Positions 1 through 7,024 of a stretch of DNA of 64,000 nt are shown here, piece after piece. Under the pieces are notes generated by a model that was given only the letters and a program-made list of their open reading frames with translations, was not told the DNA's origin and searched no databases. The translations under genes and the position numbers were made by a program. Location of the stretch: positions 88,460 through 152,459 of the forward strand of contig OY730442.1 of the NCBI GenBank assembly GCA_963422685.1, read 5' to 3'. Each line of letters starts with the position of its first letter. The first letter of the stretch is position 1. Source of the stretch: Arenicellales bacterium (lineage in GTDB: Bacteria; Pseudomonadota; Gammaproteobacteria; Arenicellales; Poriferihabitantaceae).

Positions 1-2
1 AA

Positions 3-425
3 TCGGATGAACAATTGTCCCGAATAAACATTATCCGCGGCGGCGAGGATGCCGAACTGCCCGCCGATGAGAAGAAATTATTGGCATCAATGGGCAACAA
101 TCTGGTTCTATGCGTGCTCGGCGGCCCCATCAGTTTTGGCGCCGCCAAGGGGATGGTGCAGCGCATCAATGCGGTCGATGAATTTAAAGTGCTGATACTC
201 GACCTGCAAAACCTGGGGTATGTCGACACCACTACGGCACGTGCCCTGGAAGATATTATAAAAAGCGTGGGATTTCAGGACCGGACCGTCATCGTTTCCG
301 GGGCGCAATCGGGTTTAATACGACAACTTGCCAGGGTAAAAACGCTGGATGGCGTTCCAGCAGAAAATATAATCAATGCACGCCTTGCGGCGTTGATCAA
401 AGCAGAAAAATACCTCGGCGCATAA
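3..425 (+). CDS. C-terminal STAS domain of a SulP-type anion transporter (5'-partial, frame open to window edge)
   Basis: The frame is open from nt 3. The tail ...VLILDLQNLGYVDTTTARALEDI...VIVSGAQSGLIRQL resembles STAS domains at SulP C-termini. Confidence 0.6.
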   Translation, partial: SDEQLSRINIIRGGEDAELPADEKKLLASMGNNLVLCVLGGPISFGAAKGMVQRINAVDEFKVLILDLQNLGYVDTTTARALEDIIKSVGFQDRTVIVSGAQSGLIRQLARVKTLDGVPAENIINARLAALIKAEKYLGA

Positions 426-446
426 TCGCTGCACATTTCACTCAGC

Positions 447-1349
447 ATGTCTGCGCAACAGAATATTCAGCAATTTTTAACCGGTTTCAGCGCCGAAACC
501 ACGCCGGGCGCTGCCGCTAAAATCCAGGATTTCAGAGCCCACCTTCGCCCCGGCACCGTGGTCTACATTACCTTCCTGCCCGGTTCGGACTTCGGCGACA
601 CAGTGGCCGTGGCCGCTCGACTACGCGGTCAGGGCTTTATACCGGTTCCGCATTTCGCTGCCCGCAGCATCGTTGATGAAAAAGCATTAAATGAAAACCT
701 TTGCCGGGTAGTGGGTGAAGCCGGTGTGGACCGGGTTTTGTGCATTGCCGGTGCAGTGGATGAACCCGTGGGAATCTATACGGATTCAACCCAGCTTCTG
801 GACACCGGCCTGTTCGACAAGCACGGCGTGAAAAGAATCGCAGTGGCTGGACACCCGGAAGGCAGCCCGGACATGACCGACGAGGCAATCCTGAACGCCT
901 TGCGCTGGAAAAATGAATTTAACCATAAAACCGATGCACAGATGTACCTGGTGACACAATTTGTATTTGCAGCGGAACCGGTGATTGCCTGGGACAAAAT
1001 GCTGCAAAGCGACGGAAATAAACTGCCGATTCATATTGGCATCCCGGGACTGGCCACACTCAAAACATTACTGATGCACGCCAAAGCCTGCGGAATCGGC
1101 GCTTCCATGCAGTTTCTCACCCGGCAAGCCCGCAAAGTCACCAGATTATTGACTGTAAATACACCGGACAAACTGGTCAGGGAACTGGCGCAATACCGGG
1201 CCATGGAGTCCAGTTCGGGAATTAACGGAGTTCATATCTATCCATTGGGCGGCCTGCGCCGAAGTGCAAACTGGGGCTATGCCGTAGCAGACGGGCAGTT
1301 TACCCTGGATAACAAAGGCGGGTTTAAAGTAGACGTCAATATTGATTGA
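447..1349 (+). CDS. metF: methylenetetrahydrofolate reductase family protein (divergent MetF-like)
   Basis: 300 aa. VAGHPEGSP, VTQFVFAAEP and IGIPGLATLKTLL parallel E. coli MetF AAYPEVHP, ITQFFFD and IPGILPV. Confidence 0.7.
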   Translation: MSAQQNIQQFLTGFSAETTPGAAAKIQDFRAHLRPGTVVYITFLPGSDFGDTVAVAARLRGQGFIPVPHFAARSIVDEKALNENLCRVVGEAGVDRVLCIAGAVDEPVGIYTDSTQLLDTGLFDKHGVKRIAVAGHPEGSPDMTDEAILNALRWKNEFNHKTDAQMYLVTQFVFAAEPVIAWDKMLQSDGNKLPIHIGIPGLATLKTLLMHAKACGIGASMQFLTRQARKVTRLLTVNTPDKLVRELAQYRAMESSSGINGVHIYPLGGLRRSANWGYAVADGQFTLDNKGGFKVDVNID

Positions 1350-1617
1350 TCTGCGGAAAATCGAAGAAAGCGGCGAAGCTGAATTATTGAGTACCCAATC
1401 GGTTTGGTATTGAGTTTGGTGATTAGCCGACCATTTTTAATCCAGCCATGGGCAGTTTCACAAAGCTATCGACCGGTTCCATTCACCTTGAAAAACGCCT
1501 ACAAGAAAATGTTGATCGGTTGCTGGCTGCTGGATTCGCAACAAGCTGCTCGCCCGTGTTGGTGGTGCTATGTTTCCCAAACTTCCATCAAATGCTATTG
1601 ATCACTGATGGATTGTT

Positions 1618-2094
1618 TTGACGGATTACGAAATAGCGCTAATAAGTGTAGGAGGTACACTTCTTGGGGCGTTTGTTGGTGGGCTAATCTCGTTATATCA
1701 ATCCGATAGAAGCTCACGTAGAACGCAACGTTTAGAAGAAAATCGGAGATTGATCAATACTTTCACAACAGAGCTTTCTGATATATACCCTACAGTGTCA
1801 TATCGGCCTGGAGATATTGATTCTTTCCCGAAAAAGAAATTCCCGATATTACAGGCTGCTATCAGGGAATTCAGATTCTCCCTGCCAAAAAGTGACTGGC
1901 CGGAATTCGACAGTGCCTGGCGTCGGTATTATTGTGCTACCGGTAGAGAGGTTGACAGGGAGTCACAAAGCTACCTGCATTATTGCGGTTTTACTAACTC
2001 TGATTCTCAAACTCAGGAGCACGAACCTCCACAAGGTCTTGAAAATCTCAAGATGAACGTTGACAGAATATTAGAGTTTGCAACAAAAACATAA
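1618..2094 (+). CDS. hypothetical protein with one N-terminal transmembrane helix
   Basis: 158-aa ORF with a TTG start and hydrophobic N-terminus IALISVGGTLLGAFVGGLISL. I recognise no family. It is the first ORF of the AT-rich island. Confidence 0.4.
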   Translation: MTDYEIALISVGGTLLGAFVGGLISLYQSDRSSRRTQRLEENRRLINTFTTELSDIYPTVSYRPGDIDSFPKKKFPILQAAIREFRFSLPKSDWPEFDSAWRRYYCATGREVDRESQSYLHYCGFTNSDSQTQEHEPPQGLENLKMNVDRILEFATKT

Positions 2095-2203
2095 CAAGCG
2101 ACGGCACAATTGCCACACTTCGTGCGGCTGGACAAGGCACCTCGTGTTTTACCTGTGCACCCGGGTGTTAGAGCAAAAAACCGCAACCATCTTTACTTGG
2201 GGA

Positions 2204-2221
2204 CATTATGCGGACATAATG
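2204..2221. promoter_or_regulatory. inverted repeat CATTATG-cgga-CATAATG, candidate operator for the HTH of the downstream methyltransferase
   Basis: The 7-bp arms are exact reverse complements. The repeat ends 33 bp upstream of the ATG at 2254. N-terminal HTH regions of SsoII/EcoRII-type C5 methylases are known to autoregulate. Confidence 0.3.
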
Positions 2222-2253
2222 GCCAAAAATGGGTTAACTTCAGGCTGAATTAT

Positions 2254-2825
2254 ATGTACGATACACACCCGCTGGAACTACTAAGAACTGCCAGAAACCG
2301 CTACACCCAGAAACAACTGGCTGAAATTCTTGAAGTAGATGTCAGAACAGTGCGGAGATGGGAAGTCAGGGAAAATGATCCTCCATCATACCTTTCAGAT
2401 GCCATCCGGCAGCGCATACTTCCCCTTGTAAATACCGACAGTGATGACTCCTTCAGATTCATAGACCTTTTTGCGGGTATTGGAGGTATCAGGTTGGCTT
2501 TTGAAGCGCATGGGGGGGCAATGTGTATTTACCAGTGAATGGAACAAATTTTCCCAAAAAACCTATATTACAAGGATGGTTCGGAAATTCTTGTGCCCCA
2601 AGGCAAACGGAAGCGCCCCAGATGACTTACACCCCGTGAATGTGCAAGACTAAGGGGTTTCCTGGCAGCTTTAAGATTCCAGTAAGTGACACACAAGCCT
2701 ACAGGCAATTCGGTAATAGTGTGGTTATGCCTGTTATGCAAGAACTAGCCCGGATTATGATTCCCCGTGTTACCTTGTGTAAGGAAGAAAAGGGAGAGAT
2801 AAAGCAGACACCTTTGTTTGCTTGA
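2254..2825 (+). pseudogene. C5 DNA-cytosine methyltransferase (dcm/EcoRII-SsoII type with N-terminal HTH), internally deleted and frameshifted
   Basis: HTH YTQKQLAEILEVDVRTVRRWE, motif I FIDLFAGIGGIRLAFE and VFTSEWNKFSQKTY are followed directly by LTPRECARL and GFPGSF...[17 protein letters not shown] in other frames. The PCQ catalytic motif and target-recognition domain are absent. There is a +1 in the G7 run at 2512-2518. Confidence 0.85.
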
Positions 2826-2857
2826 TTCACGCTGTAGGATGGGAAATTGGGTATCAC

Positions 2858-3610
2858 ATGAATAAAAGGAGGAATTGGAATCGACAGGAGTTGCTGGTTG
2901 CCTTCGGTTTTTATTGCCAAATACCATTTAGAAAATTGCATTCACGCAACCCGGATATCATCAAAGCTTCTGAACTAATTGACAGAACACCATCTGCCTT
3001 AGCAATGAAATTAACCAATATTGCCAGCTTTGATCCTGTAATGATTTCAACCGGAAGGAAAGGTCTGGCAGGCGCTTCAAATGCTGATAAAAAAATGTGG
3101 GAAGAAATGCATAGTAACTGGGAGGCTTTTGCGATTGAGTCTTCAGATGCTTGGAATCGATTACTCTCGGATGATACTGTGCTTTTGCCAGCTACAGAAC
3201 ATTATGTCGGAAACACGAAAACTACAAAGGTAGAGGCGCGCATTGGTCAAAACTTTTTTAGAAAGTCAGTTTTAAGCGCGTACAACAACACTTGCTGCAT
3301 TAGCGGCTTATCAATACCAAAACTCCTCGTGGCAAGTCATATCGTACCTTGGAGAGTTGATGCTCCAAATCGTCTAAATCCAAAAAATGGGCTTTGCTTA
3401 TCAATGCTTCATGATAAGGCATTTGATATTGGAATAATTACGATTCAAGATGATATGACAGTCATGACTTCAAAAACAATAACTTCACTGGATAGCTTTT
3501 ATGAGAATACTATAAAAATATACGAAGGAAAAGAAATTGCACTCCCTGATAAATTCCAGCCAAATTTGGATTTTCTTGAGTATCATCGTAAAAATATTTT
3601 TCACGCATAA
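2858..3610 (+). CDS. HNH (HNH_2 type) endonuclease, restriction-enzyme-like
   Basis: ASHIVPWRVDAPNRLNPKNGLCLSMLHDKAFDIGIITI matches the HNH_2 pattern (HI.P...NGl.L...H..FD.G). Start taken at ATG 2858 (MNKRRNWNRQELL) inside ORF 2822..3610. Confidence 0.75.
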   Translation: MNKRRNWNRQELLVAFGFYCQIPFRKLHSRNPDIIKASELIDRTPSALAMKLTNIASFDPVMISTGRKGLAGASNADKKMWEEMHSNWEAFAIESSDAWNRLLSDDTVLLPATEHYVGNTKTTKVEARIGQNFFRKSVLSAYNNTCCISGLSIPKLLVASHIVPWRVDAPNRLNPKNGLCLSMLHDKAFDIGIITIQDDMTVMTSKTITSLDSFYENTIKIYEGKEIALPDKFQPNLDFLEYHRKNIFHA

Positions 3611-3633
3611 CAAATAGATGGAGGGTTTATAAA

Positions 3634-3930
3634 ATGAATGTGGTGGTTGAATATCTATACAGAGATGCAGGAAATAACAAAATCTGAGGTGAAGCACTCT
3701 TCGAAAACAAATATATTCTCGAACACATTCACTTATTAAGAGAAATAAAGAACAAACTAATTGACGGTGAATTTTTTTTTGCTGAAAAAGCTGGAATAGA
3801 CTCATTGCATTTTGAGCGATATGATCAAGAATTAGATCATGGGTGGCATGAGTTTTTTGATGTTAAGCCTTCTGATAATCAATTTGGAGTGTGCGGAAAA
3901 GACATAACAGAATTTATAGGTGCTCTTTAA
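3634..3930 (+). pseudogene. small conserved-looking hypothetical ORF (98 codons) interrupted by an in-frame TGA at 3685-3687
   Basis: A GGAGGG Shine-Dalgarno lies 8 nt upstream of ATG 3634. Translation is MNVVVEYLYRDAGNNKI*GEALFEN...DHGWHEFFDV...EFIGAL*. The frame stays open for 81 codons after the stop, so the stop looks like a recent TGG-to-TGA change. Confidence 0.5.
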
Positions 3931-4580
3931 AATTTGATGGTGAGTTTCCGACGACAAGGGAGTTTTCCAATTATGCGCGTTCGACATTACCAGATATTAC
4001 ACCGCACGATGGTCACGATGCAGCATTGATGGCATGGATGGAAAGAGAGGAAATACTCTTTCGTACGCTTGAAAAACATATCATTAACGAAAGACTATAT
4101 CAGGGCTTCGATGGTGATGTAGATGGCTTTATTTCGTTTTCACTGTCTGTACAAAATCGAAGGAAAAGCCGTGCAGGGCTTGCCCTGGAAAATCATCTTG
4201 CAACCCTGTTTCAGGAATGTGGAATCAAGTATTCAAGAACCCCTGTGACTGAACACAAATCAAAACCAGATTTTATCTTTCCAGGTAAAACTGAGTATCA
4301 CGATCCAGCGTTTAATGAGATCGATCTTACAATGCTTGGCGTCAAATCGTCCTGCAAGGATAGATGGCGACAAGTATTGGCTGAAGCTGACCGCATAAAA
4401 AGGAAACACCTTCTGACCCTCGAAGTGTCAATCAGCAAGAACCAAACTGATGAAATGGAATCCAAGGAATTGCAGTTGATTTTGCCAAAAAAATTACACC
4501 AGTCATACACACCAGAACAACAACCATGGTTAATGAGTATTGCCGAGTTTACTGATCATGTTCTTTCGAAACAGCAATAG
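3891..4580 (+). CDS. EcoRII-like type II restriction endonuclease, catalytic (C-terminal) domain only
   Basis: Collinear with my recollection of EcoRII residues about 185-404: FPTTREFSNYA / VQNRRKSRAG / KSKPDFIFP / LGVKSSCKDRWRQVLAEADRI / LQLILPKKLHQSY. The N-terminal effector domain is absent. The start is ambiguous (GTG 3891, overlapping the previous ORF, or ATG 4029). Confidence 0.85.
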   Translation: MRKRHNRIYRCSLKFDGEFPTTREFSNYARSTLPDITPHDGHDAALMAWMEREEILFRTLEKHIINERLYQGFDGDVDGFISFSLSVQNRRKSRAGLALENHLATLFQECGIKYSRTPVTEHKSKPDFIFPGKTEYHDPAFNEIDLTMLGVKSSCKDRWRQVLAEADRIKRKHLLTLEVSISKNQTDEMESKELQLILPKKLHQSYTPEQQPWLMSIAEFTDHVLSKQQ

Positions 4581-4610
4581 TCAATATCGCGCCAAAAGTG
4601 CTCTAGCAAT

Positions 4611-4668
4611 CACATGCACGTGGACAGCAAAAAGCAGAGCGACGACTATTGCTGTCCGCGTTCATGTG
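4611..4668. repeat. long imperfect hairpin (20-bp arms, 18-nt loop) 30 nt downstream of the EcoRII-like gene
   Basis: CACATGCACGTGGACAGCAA ... TTGCTGTCCGCGTTCATGTG. 18 of 20 positions pair, and one of the two non-pairs is G-U compatible. No U-tract follows. Confidence 0.5.
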
Positions 4669-4750
4669 AGGCGTTATACAGCACAAGTGGCGTCTGGTTG
4701 GTATGAATAAATTCTACTAAACCAGGCTAAAAACAGATTACTTAAATAAA

Positions 4751-5110
4751 ATGACAGTAGATGGAAAACAGCTCGGCAACCCCTTTTCGACAGGCAGTGG
4801 TGGCTCAAGATTTGAGGCTAATATCCAGGCTACATTCGTCACCTTGATGCCAAACGGTGGTTACGCTCCCCGCCTACCCGCATGGCCAATTGTAGAGCTA
4901 AAGCTACAGGGCGCAGTAGCAGGCTATGATACAGACGATCTGATGGTTTTTCTTGAAAACCCGGTAAACAACTCGATAAAAGTCACCGCCACAAATTGTT
5001 TGCCGAGGTTATTCAAGCAGCCTGGAATGATTTTAATAATCCTTGGGCCTTCACCAAGAGAACATTGTTCATGCCGGATTGACCTTTTGTTTCGGCTGGA
5101 CCAGACTTAA
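4751..5110 (+). pseudogene. N-terminal fragment of an unidentified larger protein
   Basis: A plausible N-terminus MTVDGKQLGNPFSTGSGGSRFEANIQATFVTLM... degenerates after about 78 codons. A second frame continues with the protein-like KLFAEVIQAAWNDFNNPWAFTKRTLF and then stops. Confidence 0.35.
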
Positions 5111-5118
5111 AAAACAGC

Positions 5119-5775
5119 ATGCCTTCAAGATTTCTTTTTTGCCTGATCTTTTTTTCGCTTTCCGCTGTTTGTGCAGAGGATACTGCCGATAAAATTCCCC
5201 GGCTTAAAGCCGGTAATCCGGGTTACGAATTTGAGTTTTTGGGCAAAAGCGCCAAAGGCATTGAGTTTTGGCTGGACCGGCAATCCGGCTTGGTATGGTC
5301 AGATCTTATCACTCGTAACAGCGGTCTGAAGAGCCAAAAAGAAGCTAAAAATCTTTGTTCCAATGCTGACTTGTACCTTCAACAAACAGACGCTTTGCCA
5401 CCTGGGCTTCATATCAAAAAGAACGCGCTTTTTTTGCCCTGTAAGGCCGCCATTGAGCGGGGGCGAGTGCATGGTTATTACAAGGCGCTGCTGGAAACGA
5501 AAAATCTGAACGACTGCTATAAAGACGACTGTTTTCCTAATGCCAGAGGAGAAATTGAGTGCCATACGGGCTGCAATTATTTCAACGTCTGGACCGCTTC
5601 TAAAGAAAGTCTTTCCGACTCTATGAATCTGGTATTTTTCACGTTGTCGGGTTTTGCCGGAAGGTCAATCACCTATATTGATGCCAAATCCGGTTACATG
5701 ATCACCAACGGTTCTCAAAAATACCATGTGCGCTGTCTTATCCGATGGGATCCCGCCAATAAAATCTGTCTTTAG
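5119..5775 (+). CDS. secreted cysteine-rich hypothetical protein
   Basis: Signal peptide MPSRFLFCLIFFSLSAVCA. The mature part has multiple Cys. Weak resemblance to DUF1566-type (GLVWSD...) proteins. Confidence 0.5.
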   Translation: MPSRFLFCLIFFSLSAVCAEDTADKIPRLKAGNPGYEFEFLGKSAKGIEFWLDRQSGLVWSDLITRNSGLKSQKEAKNLCSNADLYLQQTDALPPGLHIKKNALFLPCKAAIERGRVHGYYKALLETKNLNDCYKDDCFPNARGEIECHTGCNYFNVWTASKESLSDSMNLVFFTLSGFAGRSITYIDAKSGYMITNGSQKYHVRCLIRWDPANKICL

Positions 5776-5879
5776 ATTGCGGGCATTACAACACAACAGT
5801 ATAGGCACACCACCCCCGACCGCACCGCTTCAGGTTAAGTAAAATTGCGGATTGCTGTCCATCCGCCGACCCTGTAAAT

Positions 5880-6350
5880 CCAGGGAAGGTCTGCTCCCTG
5901 CCACGCAGAGATGAGAGAGGCAGGTATGCAGGTAAAATACCGGCAGCAGTACCAAGTCACCACCGACAGCAATCCTAAGCAGCCGATATTTGATAATGTA
6001 CCGGGGCAAAATTTTGCAGCCAACCAACTCAATCAAGCCTATGTGGGTGATATTACCTGTATTGGGACACAGGCTGGCGGTACTTGGCTGTTATGATTGA
6101 CCTGTATTCAGGCAAGGTCGTGGGGGGCATTGAAAGAAGCGGCTTAACCGGGTTATCTCAAAATGCTGAACCACGTCAACCTTGACAGGAAGGCACTGGT
6201 TCAAGTTTACTGTAACCTGTTGTCCAGGTTTCCCTCGGTGGCGCAACCAATGGCAGTATAATCCACTGAAGAGACGAGTTTTACTACCCAACAGACAGGG
6301 TTCACTTTGCAGGAAGATATAACACTGCTCAAACACACCGTTAGCTGTAA
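5880..6350 (+). mobile_element. IS3-family transposase (orfB) remnant, multiply frameshifted and truncated
   Basis: MREAGMQVKYRQQYQVTTDSNPKQPIFDNVPGQNFAANQLNQAYVGDITCI, then in another frame YLAVMIDLYSGKVVGG. This matches the IS3 orfB pattern (TTDS.H...PN..WV.DITYI...YLA.V.DL.S.KVVGW). Later pieces are spread over three frames. No terminal inverted repeats were identified. Confidence 0.75.
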
Positions 6351-6367
6351 AAACAACATAAAGATAC

Positions 6368-6991
6368 ATGAAACCAACATTGACAATTGAAGCCTTGCAA
6401 GAAGAAGCATCAAAATTTGCTGAGATGGAAACTTCTTATGATGAACCTTCTCTCTATGGCGTGACTGATGGGAAAGCCGTCGGAACATATCTTGAGCACA
6501 AATTCACTGCCTACTTAGCATATCTGTATGAGTATGAACAAGGTAATTCCGCATCTGGAATAGATTTCCCTAAACTCGGGGTCGATATAAAAGTAACCAG
6601 TATTAAGCAGCCGCAATCTTCATGCCCTTTTAAGTCTGCGTCTCAGAAAATCTTTGGCCTTGGTTATCATTTGCTTGTATTTGTATATGAGAAGACTGAC
6701 GATGATGAAAATAGAACTGGCAGACTTAATATGCAGCACACGATTTTCGTTGAAAAAGAACGTACGGCGGACTTTCAAAAAACTAAAGAATTGCTAGGCA
6801 TATTGGAAAGAGATGGGAATAAAGATGACGTTGTTGCTTTTTTCATTGAAAGGAATTTACCTGTGGATGAAATAAGTGCAGAACAGCTTGCCGACAGAAT
6901 CCTGGAAACACCACCAAACCAAGGCTATTTGACGATATCGAATGCTCTCCAGTGGAGGCTTCAATATGGTAGAGTTATCCAGAAAGCCTGA
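6368..6991 (+). CDS. putative type II restriction endonuclease (partner of the downstream methylase)
   Basis: 207 aa, 33 nt upstream of the N6-methylase gene on the same strand. It has a PD-(D/E)XK-like segment SGIDFPKLGVDIKVTS. Specificity is unknown. Confidence 0.55.
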   Translation: MKPTLTIEALQEEASKFAEMETSYDEPSLYGVTDGKAVGTYLEHKFTAYLAYLYEYEQGNSASGIDFPKLGVDIKVTSIKQPQSSCPFKSASQKIFGLGYHLLVFVYEKTDDDENRTGRLNMQHTIFVEKERTADFQKTKELLGILERDGNKDDVVAFFIERNLPVDEISAEQLADRILETPPNQGYLTISNALQWRLQYGRVIQKA

Positions 6992-7024
6992 ACAGTATCT
7001 GGTATCTCAAGGGTTCGTTGAGCA

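Noticed and set aside
1370-1378. GCGGCGAAG at 1370-1378 and again at 8624-8632 as direct repeats (att-like) flanking the AT-rich island
   Set aside because: Only 9 bp are identical and the flanks are poorly matching. This is too short to distinguish from chance, and there is no integrase.
1404-1601. 65-aa ORF (and a 57-codon alternative frame at 1448-1621) between the metF-like gene and the island
   Set aside because: No recognisable similarity in any frame. It may be decayed sequence at the island border.
3685-3687. In-frame TGA as a possible selenocysteine or recoding site
   Set aside because: I could not identify a SECIS-like hairpin immediately downstream, and the island is full of other decayed genes. 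A simple TGG-to-TGA nonsense change is more parsimonious.
4600-4680. Hairpin as an integron attC site
   Set aside because: The GTTATAC after the right arm only partly fits GTTRRRY. No complementary R'' core precedes the left arm. No integron integrase or cassette array is present.
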